A stretch of DNA of 64,000 bases from Octopus vulgaris (taxonomy: Eukaryota), in NCBI GenBank assembly GCA_951406725.2, contig OX597814.1, positions 217,806,001-217,870,000 on the forward strand. The letters run 5' to 3'. A program made the translations under genes and the position numbers. The notes beneath the pieces are model-generated. The model ran no database searches. It saw nothing but the letters and a program-made list of their open reading frames with translations, and was not told where the DNA came from. Below, in pieces: positions 28,201 through 42,698 of this stretch (position 1 is the stretch's first letter; each line of letters begins with the position of its first letter).

Positions 28201-29450
28201 TACTAGCATTATTGGCCTCCAACATTGGAGATGCAAGAAATTAGTAATATTGGAACTCTTAACGGTAATTTCACCAACTTTCATTTAAGCATGATCTGAA
28301 TATAGTTGTTTAAAAATGGGATGTCACCCTGAAATTAGTATTGTTTATTGCTGTCCGTATTTAATAACCAAATAAATACAGAAATACTGAAAAAACAGAC
28401 ACAATAGTATCTGTGCTATGCTAAATGACTCATTTCAATTTCTGCTGTCAACATTCACTTCAATTTTGGAATTCTTAGATTGTTATTCTAACAACTTTTC
28501 ACAAAATTTCCTCTGGGTTTGGAGTTACCTATTCACCAATTCCACCGAGTTTTTGTTTTTATCTTCTTTTTCCTCTTACCATTTTGTTAGAAAATGTTGA
28601 AGTTAAAGAAAAAAGAGCAAATATAATGATTTCTTTCTTCAATTTTTCATATTATCATTTCATTAAGAACAAAATATTTCATTTGGAAGATTTATGTTCT
28701 TCAACATAAATTATATCGAACCTCTTTGTTATGAAAGTTTTATCCACACAGAACAAAAGTTGAAACAAGCATACCAAACCAGTTATTTTTAAGTAATGTT
28801 TCTTTTCTTAAAAAAAAAAACTAAAAAAAAAACAAAAAACAAAAAAAACAGAATTCATATTTTTAAACGATTGTTAAATGAAAACAGGAAAATAGAGCTG
28901 AAGAGAAATCAGGGTTTGGAAACTAAAAAACTGAAATCATGATATTCCTAATTTAATATTCTTGTGTAACCATTTCGGTTGCTCTAGCCTGCTTTATAAG
29001 AATATATGAACAACCCCAGTATTTAATTAGTACTTTATTGTTATCAATCACATTACAATTTTATTTCCTCTTTGGTCATACTCTATTCTGTTCTATACTT
29101 ATTGTTTATTTCCTCGGTGAAACAGTTTCTGCCAACTTTTCACAAACGATATCTACAGTTCTTAATTCACGACATTTTTTTCAACAACATATCCATCATC
29201 ACTACACAACATGCTAAAGATAGAAAACTGCTGTAAACAGCAAGCATATGAAGTATGTAAATATAGCATTAAAAAAAAAAAAAAACGTTTATTTAACAGA
29301 TAAAAAAAAAAAAACGTTTATTTAACAGATAAAAAAAAAAAAATTAAATTAAAAAAATATAAAAGAAATATTAGGCACAATGCTATTTTTTTTACACATT
29401 GCAAGGGATTGTTCATGCGAAGAGTTATTTGGATTAATTTCTGATCTTAC

Positions 29451-29528
29451 CATGTTGCCGGAGATCGAACCCATGTATTTTGGCTTCCTCTTGCAGGATA
29501 AAATTAAACCAGGGCAGGGCATCGGCAC
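29451..29528 (-). CDS. Probable downstream (cassette) exon D of the RhoGAP gene
   Basis: cccttgcatgtgtag|GTGCCG...CAACATG|gtaaga; 78 nt, phase 1-1 matching exon C; open frame (R)ADALPWFNFILQEEAKIHGFDLRQH; GC/CpG-richer island within AT-rich DNA. Confidence 0.65.
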
Positions 29529-30980
29529 CTACACATGCAAGGGACAAAACATACATGCACTACAGAGAGAGAGCATGCGCTGGTAATCATGGGAGAGGTG
29601 GCAGTGTTAATTACAGATTTTCTAAATCTGTTATCAAATTAATTAATCTGTCATGGTAATTATATTTATAAAACATGTAATTAAAGGATACATTGCCAAT
29701 TTGTTTAAGCAAAATATGCATTGTTTGTTAATAGTCCTTTGTTATTATTTTACTACTATTAGTTGTATTTATGTTAATTAACCCAACAAAAATTAAACTC
29801 GCATTCTATCTTTGTTAACATAACTACAAGAGTAACAACAACAACAACAAAATCAACAACAAAGACTAGTGTTAATTGCTCTGTGAGAATTTTCCATTCC
29901 AAATCACTTTAATTATGAAGGATGAATATTTTACAAATAAGTACATTAATTCCTTTCTACAATAGAAGTCACTCAGTAACTGATAATATCAGAAATTAAA
30001 ATTAATATTAACAATTAGAGAAAGATGTTTCTGTTGTTCATATGGCTGATATTTTATTTTATGAACATTCTATCAATTGAAGAGAAAACAATGAAACAAA
30101 ACAATGCAACAAACAAATTAAAACGGAATTATTCCAAAGTATTTTTACATTTATATTTATTTAGAAAATTTAATAGAATTAACCAAATGTTAAAATAAAA
30201 AAAAAAAAAAAAGAAATGAAATCAATGTAAATAATTGAATAAGTTAAATTAAACAAAAACAAACTATAAATGAGACATAAAAGGCAAATGTACTCACTTG
30301 CCTAATCTAGGTAAACAAGGTGTTTGACATCACCGCCACGGCATACAGAGGTTCTTATGGAACTTGTTATGCCACAGGCATAGCTATGTGATGAAGAATT
30401 TTGCTTCACAATAATTTAATTCTACGTTCGATCCTACTGAATGGACAAGTCTTTTATCATAGTCTCAAGCTGGCCAATACTTTTTGAGTTGAATTTGATG
30501 GACAGAAAACTACAGAGAAGTTCACTGTATATGTGTCCATGCATATACATATATGTAGTGACATTTAAAAAACACCATCACAAAAATTTAAAATTTGTGC
30601 TTTTTGAACCAAGACCCTGGTGATATTTATTCTGTACTGAGCCACAGATACTCCCTTGTCATCCATGCTATAAGAAATGAACCAACAGATGCTATTATCT
30701 ACTTTCACCAATTCCAATGAAAAAATATCCTGCATTTCTAGACCAGCCTGTTGGTCATCCAGTGATTCACAGAAGAATCAAGTAGTATATTAGGTATCAT
30801 CAGCTTAAATGCAGAATAAGTGGTGTTATAAGTACATAAAGTCAAGAGAATTATAGAGTCCTTGGCATTTCCTACAAAAAAACACTCACCAAGGTACATA
30901 CATTTACATAAGAAAAATGTTTACTAAATTACTATTTGTAAATCTCTCAACAAGAGACATTCAGAAACAGTACTCTAGAG

Positions 30981-31310
30981 TAAAGATTATTTGCCAACAT
31001 AACATGGTAGTCCTAGTTAGGACAAATGCTACTACTATTTAGCCCCAGGAAGCACTATTCAAACAAGACTTTGGCAACGCCACCTCTAGCTGAACAGTTA
31101 TTCTGTGCCGATGAAGAGAAATAACCCAGAAATCATGATAAGACACATATTGTTTTGTGCTGAGTGGGGATACTAAATGCCCTTGTTCGAAAATATAAGG
31201 ACAGAGATAGTGTTTCATATAGCCAGTTGGAGACGATGTTTCCTGAAGCTAAATAGCAGTAGCATTCATCCTAACCAGGACTGCCATGTTATGTTGGCAA
31301 ATAATCTTTA
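30981..31310. mobile_element. MITE with ~75-bp TIRs (Kolobok-like termini)
   Basis: TAAAGATTATTTGCCAACATAACATGG... / ...CCATGTTATGTTGGCAAATAATCTTTA; TTAA on the right, GTAA on the left. Confidence 0.75.
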
Positions 31311-31989
31311 ATGTTTACTAAAGATTTCTGTTAATTTTGATATTCTATAAAACTAAGTGTATATATTGACAGATTTTACCAAATTAAAAAAAATTCAATG
31401 AAATAAACACAAATTGATATGCTTATACATAGATTAAAAAGTTAAGGCTTTCTTCAATATATAAAAGTTATAATTTTGCCACTTTGAGCAAAAAAAACTG
31501 AGAAAACTAAGCTTAATTGAATCAAAACACCATATTTCTAACAAATGGTCAATTGTGGAATCTATTAATGCCATAATATTTTCATTGACACTTCATCATC
31601 AACACCTTGGAACAAGCGAAATATAGAAATTGTTGTATCTAAACCAAATTACACCCATGTATGCAAATGTACAGATAAGCTCAAACAACACTGACAAAAA
31701 CTTTCATAACACTGAAAAGGCTAGCTCTATATTACTTCAATTTAAACTGCACTTTCCATCACTCCAACCTTACATGTCATCAATACAGTCGCAACACCGT
31801 GATTAAGCAGGTTTCTGAGTCCTTCTTTTCCAGACCTGAAACTCTGCAATTCCCTTTTCCCTCCCCAACTATAAACTCTAATCACCAACAAGCAACCTAA
31901 CTACAAGGTGACTACAACTATATTAACCTCATTCATTATATATATATATGGCCACTTCCCCTGGTGAAGAAGATTGGTCTGCAAGAGCC

Positions 31990-32453
31990 ATGTGCCAGTG
32001 CCACACGAAAGAGGTTGGTGTAAGGAAGGGCATATAGCCATAGAAACCAAACCAAATCAAATTGGATGGGAACCTGGTGCAGTTCTCCAGCTCTGGTCAA
32101 ACTGTTCAACCAATGCCAGCATGGAAAACAAATGTTGAAGGATGATGATGATGATTTTATATATATATAAAATAATTCATCCGATCGTAGCCGTTGCCAG
32201 CGCCGCCCCGACTGGCCTCTGTGCCGGTGGCACGTAAAAGCACCATCCGTTCGTGGCCGTTTGCCAGCTCCGTCTGGCACCTGTGCGGGTGGCACGTAAA
32301 AAGCACCCACTACACTCACGGAGTGGTTGGCGTTAGGAAGGGCATCCAGCCGTAGAAACACTGCCAGATCAGACTGGGCCTGATGCAGCCTTCTGGCTTC
32401 CCAGACCCCAGTTGAACCGTCCAACCCATGCTAGCATGGAAAGCGGACGCTAA

Positions 32454-32483
<30 letters not shown>
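31990..32483 (+). mobile_element. Two tandem RTE 3'-end copies (old 31990-32155; young 32178-32483)
   Basis: AGGAAGGGCAT motif and (GAT)n tails; other old copies near 7324-7560, 22115-22300, 33195-33428, 50974-51200 and 62915-63250. Confidence 0.82.
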
Positions 32484-32485
<2 letters not shown>

Positions 32486-34263
32486 TTCTATGCCAAAGGA
32501 TCTTAAAGCAGAGCTGTGGACACCGTTTATCCTCCGCTTAACTGCAATAAATACAACCTTATCACCATAGTTGATTATCAATTTTTCACTTTTTTTTAAC
32601 AACCAATAATGGATTCAAGACTTGTGTATATTTCTAGTGAGAAAAAATGGTTGGGAATATAAAGAACAGACATAAATAATGAATAGCCAAACAAATAAGT
32701 AGACAAAAAATGTGAAAGAGAAAGAATGGTTAAACCGAGAAAAAGTTCAGGAATAAATAGCAACTGAATTCAAAATTCACCCAAAAAAGCATAGAAGAAA
32801 ACTAAACATTTGTCAAAACTAATGACAACAGGAAATGTATAATTTTTATAGTTTTCAAATTAATATTTGTTTATAGTACAATAAAAAAAAAACAAACAAC
32901 AACTGTATAATTTATTAAAATCAGACACAAAAAGATACTGACAAATAATAAACAATTTTTAAACAAAACCAACCATTTCTAAATTTAGGGGTCAATGTTA
33001 CTTAAAAGAGGATAAACTATAAGGTGTTGTTTGGGAAGAAGAAGACCTAAGAATATTTGGGATAAAGACCTCAGGACACCGAACCCTTTGGAGGAGATGA
33101 CAAATGACTGAGATACTTGGTGCTCAAGAAGACCCATTTTCCACAGCAGAAGTGTTAAGGCTGCATCCCACAGGGAAGAGGATTGGCTTGCAAGAGTCCT
33201 GTGGCAGCACCACATAAAAGCACTTGTGCCAGTGCCACCCAGTATACATTGTAAGAACACCCAGTGTACACTGTAAAGTGATTGGCGTTAGGAAGGGCGA
33301 ACAGCCACAGAAACCAAGCCAAATCAGACTGGAACCTGGTGCAGCTCCCCCAGCTTGCCAGCTCTAGTCAAACTGTCCAATACATGCCAGCATAGAAAAT
33401 GGATGTTAAAGGATGATGATAATGATAAAAGAATTGGTCTAGCAATCCAAATTCTTAAAACTTTCATGCTCACATAAAAGAGAAATAATAATGATTTTGC
33501 AAAGAAATGAATAAATTACACAAAACAGTTTGAACAAGGAATCAAAATGGATTACAGACATGCTGAAGATATAAGAGCTTTAACGGGAATAGTTACATTT
33601 TTATACCATTTGATGAATATGCAATATTCCATATGTTCCTAACTGAAGTTATTTCAATTTCCCTCTGCTACGTATGCTTATGGAAAATCTACAACTTCAC
33701 ATTTCACTTCCTTCACAAATATAAAATTATGTGGCTTGTCCAAATAACTCAACGTTTGACAACAGAATTATGAAAGAGCAACCATCTCTCAACAATAAGA
33801 ATAAAAGTACCATACTGTATTACTGAGTCATTGTCCATTGATAACAATGATTTAACTTTTATGACATTCATCAGAAGAACAGATTCCACAAATACCAATG
33901 ATACAATAAAAGTTTTTCAATAAATATCAAATAAGGTTAAGATCTGATAGAAATCAATATATAAGTGAAAGTCAGTACGTCCGAAACATGATTTTTTTTT
34001 CTTTATCTCTTTCTCTGCTAATTATTTAGTCATGGGAAAACCACACAGGATTGCAATGAGTAACGATGTGGCTGCTAGAATCTGATATTGAACTGATGAT
34101 CAAGCTTTTCCCAAGATAACTAACCAATAATTGTTTCCAATTATTTGCATTCGTTATGCAACATAACCATAGAAATGAATTAATTAGGTTGTATTTTATT
34201 TTTTCCAGATGGTCATTTTTGAAGTTAGTGAACACATTACAAAGATATGTAGATTACAATGGG

Positions 34264-34320
<57 letters not shown>

Positions 34321-36768
34321 GTTTCTTCATTGGTGCAGTCCAAAAATCTCCTTTATTAACATCTGATCCTGAATAATACTGAGAAAATCACCCAAGACCA
34401 AGAGAACTGCAGATACTTAAATATAAACTTAACACAACTACTTCTTGCTTTAAGTATTATGTCTACATGAAATCCATTAAAAAAATTCTAGTGGTGCTAA
34501 TGTATAAGGTAATGAACACTATGGTATTCTTAGCTCTGCTGATAGAACTAATAATAGTGACTCATCCATAGATATAAATACATATACATAAGTGCTACTG
34601 TTTTGTATTTCTTTACAAACAATAATCTGCTCAGTATATCTTTCACATATATCTTCCATTAACATTACACAATTTCATTAAATATTTAGATAGGTTTTCT
34701 CAAATGGAAGCATTCATCAATATGAAATTATACAAAATACAGAAGCTCAACATTTGAAAAAATTCTTTTTTTCTTTTATTTAGCTTCTTTTCTTTAATAA
34801 ACCTCATATAATAATACATGATCATTTTCTTTTTTTTTTTTATTATTGTATTCAACATTTTGTTTTAATTCTAGAAAGGACTAGTACCAAGTGCAAATAT
34901 GTGAGATTTGCATGTATTGTAGAAGTTGGGAATTTTAACAGCTAGATGCTCCTTCTAAAATGAATCACTCTTTAAACCCTTGTCGCTTCATCAAACCACT
35001 ATGTCCTGGGTTTAAACTAAAGCAAGTACTAGCTTGAAAAGATGAAAGGGTTAATATTTCTACAACTTGATTATTATAATGACTGAATCAAGTTTACAAA
35101 TCAAAACGTGTTCGCCCACTGAAAAAGTATTGCAAAAGTTTGTTTGCTATTGTTTTTTTAGCAGAATGAATTAAAGCTACTCTACACAGTGATGATATTT
35201 CCCTAAAATAACTAGCTCTATGAAAATTCTATGAATTTCAGTTATTTTAGCCTTTGATATTAAATATAATAGAATTACGAGGAAGGGAATCAAATTATAT
35301 TTTTATTTATATGTCCTCAGCCTACCAACAACCAGCATACAACAGTAAGCTATTTTCTTACAATTATAATTTCAGAATAACACTATAAATCAACATTTTC
35401 AACTGAAATATTCAGACTGCACATGGATTTGAAAAATAAACAGATTGGACTTTCTCTTACAGAAATATAGTTTCTGAAAACCTCCCATATCAGAGATTTC
35501 AGAATAGTTATTGTATAAGATATTTTATCATAAAACTTTATTATTGTAACTCTATTCTACTTATCCTCTGATCACAACCTGTATAATAATTTATAATTTG
35601 TTTTAACAGCTAATGTTTGAATTAATAAATGTTACATAAATCCCTTAAAGCTTATCACACTGTGTGTGTATGTAATAACAGCTAACATTCTTTTCATACT
35701 TTATTACTATCTCTACAAGGAACACAAACTGGAATGAGATCTTTATGGCTCCAAATAAACACCGTTGTTGATGAATGATTTTATAGATAAAGAGTAATTA
35801 AATACAAATTATTAGAAGTATCTTGATTGTTTTAGTACCAAACAAAAATAAAACTCAGTAAATTCTTTGGTAAGCAGCTAAAAGGTTAAACATTCCAATA
35901 AAAACAATACACTAAAGTTTAAATCACTGAATTACTCCTCCCTACTTAAACTTCTGTAAGGAAACATGACTGTTTCAGAAAGTCAACATATGGTTCTGAT
36001 CTTCTAAGTTTTTGTCAACATGTGATAAAAAAAAGTTTTTTTTTTTACACTTCAACTTATCACATTCTATTTATATTTAGTTTGAACATAGTTGGAAAAT
36101 TATTAAAAGTTTGAATAAAATGAGTAATTTCACCAGTGTAACTGCTAACTCAAAAATTTTAAAAAATTTTAATTTTTACTCTTCCATAAATATCTGAAAG
36201 GAGGTGATTAAATGTACTTATACATTATTTACTGATCACCTCAAAATAGATGGTTTATAACACAAAACTAAATGGTGAACTCAAATGCTACAAGATATAA
36301 CATTTCTGAATTAATCTCCAAAGATCATAATTCTTCTGAAATCTAGCAGCAGCTGCTATAAGAGTCAAAGTTCAGGTTGTTCTTGATATAAAGAACCTTA
36401 GTGTCTAATGATAAAATAATATCACAAGTCACATCATAAAATATAAATATAAAACCAGTTTCAAATTATAAACATCTTTTAGACAGGCTGGATTCAAACT
36501 ATTTTCAAATAATAAGAACAAGAAACGAAATCAGTTTACAAGAGAAAGTATGAAATCTGTTCAGCAACAAACCAATGTAATACCATAAAAGAAAAGATGT
36601 AAATATTTTGAATAACTATCAGCAAGATAAAAGGGAATATGTTTGGTTAAAATTTTTTAATAGAAATTATTAATGTAAGACAGGCTACCAATAAGCACTT
36701 TGTTTCACCACAGAAAAATACAACATAATTAAGTAAACAATATAAGCTGTTAAAAAGGTAATGAGCAA

Positions 36769-37530
36769 GTGCCTGTCCAACAGTGATTGCATCATCCATA
36801 CTCTCAACAATGCCCAGTCTCTTTTACAATCTCTTGAACAAGCCTCAAATTGTGTAGGTCTTTACCTCAATGAGGCCAAGACTGAATACATAAACAAGTG
36901 CCTGTCCAACAGTGATTGCATCATCCACACTCTCAACAATGCGCCCTTAAATATGGTTTCTGATTACAAATATCTTGGGTCATGCATATCATCATCTGGA
37001 AAAGACTTTCTAACTAGAAAGGGTATGGCCTGGTCAGCCTGTAATGACATGCATAAGATCTGGTCATCAAATCTAAGTAGAGACTTCAAACTTGAAATCT
37101 TCAAAGCCACAGTCGAACCAATTCTACTATATGGCTCAGAAACCTGGACGTTATCAAAGAAGCTTGAGAGGCGGTTGGATGGAACCTACACTCGCCTCCT
37201 TATGAGAGCTCAAAATCTCTCGTGGAAGCACCATCCAACCAAAATGCAAATATATGGGAAACTACCACCTGTGTCATCTCTTGTGAAAGGTAGGAGAGTC
37301 CAGTTTGCTGGACATTGTTGTAGAGCTGAAAAAGAAGTAATTTCTACTCTTCTCCTCTGGAAGCCATCTACTCGCAATACCAGAGGGCGCACACTCTCCT
37401 ACCCTGATGTAATCTCCAGGGATACAGGCATCCAGCAACAGGACCTCCGTAATGCCATGATGGACCGTGAAGTCTGGTGTAGCATGGTAAATTCCATTGT
37501 CTCGACCACGGTCGAACAATGATGATGTTG
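36769..37530 (+). mobile_element. 5'-truncated RTE-like LINE of a second family, with TSD
   Basis: YKYLGS, LLYGSETW, FAGHC motifs; tail TGATGATG; 9-bp TSD AATGAGCAA at 36760-36768 and 37531-37539. Confidence 0.88.
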
Positions 37531-40297
37531 AATGAGCAATATGATAGTATTGTGTTCTTAATGAACATTCCATGAATCTGTATCCTCCTGCAAGTCTTGT
37601 CTTGAATATCTGATTATGGCAAATAATTCCATTTTCCTAAAGCTACTCTACATATTACAAACATAAAATGGGAAAAAATAGGAGTGACAGGAATTGAGAG
37701 AGCAAAAGACTAAATGACTTACAACTAATTAGTTTCCTGAATCAGTGATTGAAATTAAAATCAACCCCAATTGTTTCGTTTCCCTCCTGCTTCCCGATCA
37801 AATATATGGATTTGTGCCAATGTAAAAAACAATTATGAATTTCAAATAATATTTTATCTTACTCTAAGTAAAAATGTGTCTGTTAGGAAGCATAGGTAAA
37901 ATTTTGTTTGACAAGTATCACCAAGTACAACAGTGGGAAGTATTTTAGGATAAAAGGTGAGCTTCAGACAGAGATGAGTCAGAGACATGGTTTTGAGAAT
38001 GAGTTGAAACCAATTCCTTTTGCATGCTAACATCATTGAGAAATAGTTTGAACATCATCCAATCTTATCTGCTACAAATTTACACCTTATATCTCATTAA
38101 GAAAATGGTATTGACCGTGATTTTGCTGCTTTTTATGTGGTTCATCTTTCGTTCACTTAAGAGAACCAGAGCTGAGCACTGGAAAGATGGACACTTGTGA
38201 TTTAAAATGAATAAAAGGGAAATCTACAGAAATTTTCAAAAGTAAATATAAATTGTAAATATTTGAAATAGGAAAAAGTAAAAACAACTGGTAAGAAAAG
38301 GAAATAATTCTATTTTGGTAAAGATGCTAAATAAACAAACTTAAACTGAAATATTTTGTAAAATATATTTCAGATTATTGGACTAGGAATGTCACTGATC
38401 AGTAATGATGTCTAAGCACTAGCAGGTCATATTAATTTATTTGGAATACTATTACATACAAACCAGGCATATTAACTGGATCAGAGAAATACTGTTGAAT
38501 ATTATAAAATAAGCAAGGATTGTGTACAAAATGAAATATTTTATTATTATTGCAATTTTCTTATTAAGTGTCCTAAACTGAATTTCTTTGACACTAGAGA
38601 AAGCTGTACTACTATTTACATGGCATCTATGTTGTACTTCAGTGAAGCTCACATCTATCATGGTTTACCTGCTTTTACAAACATCCTATTCTACATTGTC
38701 TCAGTCCATCTAGTTGATAGTAGATCATCTGGATATCAACCCCAGACCTGAATCTACAAGTTGTCAAGGAATATCTTTCTTTCAGATCTGGACTACTTCT
38801 GACTATGTGAATCAAAATTGAGCCTAGCAAGATTTGAACTAAGGGATATAGAATATTGCAAGATTTTTGTCTGACACTCAAACATAACACTATCCCACTT
38901 CTGATTCACACACTAAAATATCAAAAATTTTTATTGTGTTTTAAAACAAAGTTAAGCAGATTTTCTTGTTTTTAGGCACTTTACATTACATAATTTTCAT
39001 AAGGAATTTCTTGAGTTTACATGATGATTCATAAATCAGGTTTGTTATGCATGAAGCTAAGTTTGAAAACTAGATTTGAAAATGAAAAATACTAAATAGT
39101 AGAAACAGTGCAAAATAAAAGCAGAAATACTGGAAACAAAACAGAATTAGATTAATTTCTATAATTAAAAAAAAAAACAGGAATTTTTGAGTGATTTAAA
39201 CTAAACCAATAAAATTGTTTAAATGATTTATTATTTTAAAAAAATATTGATGTATAAATAGTATGATTTATGATTTTCTCTATTATTATTATTATTTTTT
39301 TTTTTTCTCTTTGGAATGAGAGCAAATGTAATTTAGAAAAGAAAAAGTTATATAGTCCAGAAGGAAATATCTATCAGCACATACATGCAAGCACACATAC
39401 ATTCTGAGTCACCATACAACCACACACACACTCACTATTCAAATATAATAATAAAGGCAGGTTGAATATTTTATGGCTACATTGTTTTCTCTTGTGTTTT
39501 CTTCACTCATTGTTTTCCATTTTTAAATTGATTCAGTATTGATTTAGATTCAGTATTGATTTGAGCTAAATTTAAACTATATAATGTTCTGAGTATTATT
39601 AAATCTTCAATTTCATTTTTTTTTTTTTTATAAAGTTTAAGCAAATACAAGAAAACTGATAAACTCAAAATGAAAGATAAAATAGCAAAAGTATAGAAAT
39701 ATAAAGAAAGAACAGTAATAATAAATATATAATAAGAATATAATCATTTAAAAAAAAATTCTTGAGCAGAAATGATAGAAAAGAAAGTTAAAAGATATTA
39801 AGCGGTAGCATTTCATCATTCTTTGTTATCCATATTTTGGCTAATATTTTGAAAAAAGATAATCATGCTACATAGCACATTAGTTTTTATTATTTTTAAC
39901 TATAAAACTATTTAAGGTTATAAAGTAACAAAGTTGAGATCAAAATGTAAAGTAAAAACTTATTTATGTTTGCTTTAACATATTAAACAATAAACCAGAC
40001 ATCTATTGTTCAATTATTATCAGAATATTGCTAGGATATCAAGATGTGAAAACATTTACAAACACAGACATAATCAAAAATCAAAGAACTATCCATACTC
40101 TAATATAAATCAATAGTTTTTCTATATTGAAATTTTACTGATTCTCATCAAATATAAGCTCAAATTATGCAATAGATATGTACAAAATGTTAAATGTCCT
40201 TTTAAAAACAACTGAGTCTTGAATAAGTGAGTTAGTGCATGAGTTAAAGAGTTAAAAAGGTATAAAATAAAAGAGCAGCTTCAGCAACGATACTTAC

Positions 40298-40632
40298 GAG
40301 GCAGGATTTCCTCAGGTGGGTAATTATATTCATAGCGAAATTTTTCCCGCACATTAATACCAGTGAGTGTAGTTTGCGTGAAGTAGGTAATATTTTCATG
40401 GCCAAACATATTGGCTACTCCGAAATTGTCAATGAGTAATTGCATAATCCGAATAGCTAGTTCCACTTTGTCTGGGTCATCAGCGCACGTTAAAAACATG
40501 CTTCCAGCAACACTCCGAGCCAATGTTTCCACTGTCATGGAATTAATATCGGAATGATTAACAATCCGAAACCATATTCCAAACAGTAAAGAAACAAGTT
40601 GACGGTGACTAACACTAAGGGACTGGATAAAC
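40298..40632 (-). CDS. RhoGAP-domain gene, coding exon C (C-terminal half of GAP domain)
   Basis: ttttaaag|GTTTATC...CTGCCTC|gtaagt; 335 nt, phase 2-1; (Q)FIQSLSVSHRQLVSLLFGIWFRIVNHSDINSMTVETLARSVAGSMF...IMQLLIDNF...PPEEILP; the NxM motif and overall pattern resemble ARHGAP20/TAGAP. Confidence 0.9.
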
Positions 40633-40875
40633 CTTTAAAAATAATAAGAACAGAGAATAATAATCATAAAAAGACAATGCAAATAAATAAAAATAAAGGT
40701 GTAAATTTAGTAAATACATGTTTATCACAGGATTTAGTTAAAAAAAGATGTCACAGTCGAAAATGAATCTTCTCCACTTAGTAAATAGAAATAATGGTAG
40801 TGTAATTGACACTAAACTCTCAGTCCTTTTCCTCTAAAGAATTCACTCATTTGCATCATTTCTTAGGATAGGTAA

Positions 40876-41258
40876 TGGAGGCGCAATGGCCCAGTGGTTA
40901 GGGCAGAGGACTCGCGGTCGTAGGATCGCGGTTTCGATTCCCAGACCAGGCGTTGTGAGTGTTTATTGAGCGAAAACACCTAAAGCTCCACGAGGCTCCA
41001 GCAGGGGATGGTGGTGATCCCTGCTGTACTCTTTCACCACAAACTTTCTCTCACTCTTACTTCCTGTTTCTGTTGTACCTGTATTTCAAGGGGCCGGCCT
41101 TGTCACTCTCTGTGTCACGCTGAATATCCCTGAGAACTACGTTAAGGGTACACATGTCTGTGGAGTGCTCAGCCACTTACACGTTAATTTCACGAGCAGG
41201 CTGTTCCATTGATCGGATCAACCGGAACCCTCGTCGTAACAGACGGAGTGCTTCCATC
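40876..41258 (+). mobile_element. tRNA-derived SINE, family A (body 1)
   Basis: Same head and body as 27462 copy; TSD AGGATAGGTAA at 40865-40875 and 41259-41269. Confidence 0.9.
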
Positions 41259-41499
41259 AGGATAGGTAACTTTGCATGTTTTCTTTCCATAGTTCTTATT
41301 ATGATGGGTGTGTGAATATAAATTCATGAAAAAGAATACACAGCCTTGTAGCACAGTGATGTAAATGCAAGTGATAGACCATGCATTCTGGGTAATTGGG
41401 AATTGTGGCTGGTCACCAGGGTGCACTTTTGTGGTATAAGTAAAATCTTCAGCTGATTACAAACCTGTGTTATCACAGATCAATTTGTGATAACTGTGA

Positions 41500-41591
41500 C
41501 ATGGGTCTCAGTTGAGCGTGCCATGGGTCTCAGTTGAGCGTGCCATGGGTCTCAGTTGAGCGTGCCATGGGTCTCAGTTGAGCGTGCCATG
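41500..41591. repeat. 22-bp perfect tandem repeat x4
   Basis: CATGGGTCTCAGTTGAGCGTGC four times plus CATG. Confidence 0.95.
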
Positions 41592-42059
41592 TTCTCCTGG
41601 GTCAGTGATAAACAACCCAGTAATAGATGAGGCTACATATTTTAGGATTAATGTTTTACTGCTGAATTACACCGTTATAATAATAGCAACAAAAGAGCTT
41701 CACTCATAAGATAATGCAATTCTGAACCATTAACCACACATTTACTGTGTATATTGACATTTTGATCAATCTGATCTACACTTCAGTTGTTACCAGGTGT
41801 CTTGTTTCCAGGTGACAATGTAATCCCAGATTGAATTCAAGCTATGAATATTAGAAAAATACATGTATTGAACTAGAAATTATTTCTCATCAACCACAAA
41901 ATCTATATTACATTCATATCAGCAAGACTATAATTACTATAGCAAAATCCTGACAAACCCCTAATTTTTCAAGCCCATAAAAACAGAAAGGTAAAATTAC
42001 TAAAATAATAACAATAATAAAAAAAAAAATATGATACTACAACAGATACCAGAACACAT

Positions 42060-42667
42060 AGCAAATTTTTTCATTAGTTAGAGGAGAAAGTGTAGCAGTA
42101 TCCATAACTTCTGCAAGCTCTCCAAACTGGAGAGAGCAATAGAGTTAATGTTCAGTTTGAGCATGAGTAGGAAAAATATAGAAGAGGATTTCAGAAGATT
42201 GTAGTTCTGGGAAGTCATGATTCAGTAAAGTGTTTAGTGAGAGATTTGAGAGGGGAAAGAGTATGAGGAGAAAGGGAGGAAGTGTGTGTGCCATTTAGAC
42301 CCAAGCTTGGGCCTAAGTGACCTGGAGTTAGCCAACTGAGAGGAACAGAGACTGTTACAGTAGAATAGAAGAAATGGGGAGAAGAAACAGCATGTTTATG
42401 AACCAGTGATTTTAGTGGGTTTGCTGATCAAAAATTTGACAATTAGCCAAATAGTCTGTTTTTTTCTTTCTCTTTTACTTGTTTCAGTCATTTGACTGCG
42501 GCCATGCTGGAGCACCGCCTTTAGTCGAGCAAATCGACCCTGGGACTTTCTTTGTAAGCCCAGTACTTATTCTATCGGTCTCTTTTTGCCGAACCGCTAA
42601 GTGACAGGGACGTAAACACACCAGCATCGGTTGTCAAGCAATGCTAGGGGGACAAACACAGACACAA

Positions 42668-42698
<31 letters not shown>

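Noticed and set aside
30298-30306. 9-nt microexon ctag|ATTAGGCAA|gtgagt on the minus strand
   Set aside because: Introduces TAG in the phase-1 frame after exon C; no other support.
31100-31147. Third hammerhead-like motif (CCGATGA...GAAATCATGATA)
   Set aside because: Core U4 is C and stems I and II do not pair convincingly; at best a decayed relic.
40281-40538. Stand-alone 85-aa ORF ending RKYRC
   Set aside because: It is the 3' part of exon C read through a consensus GTAAGT donor.
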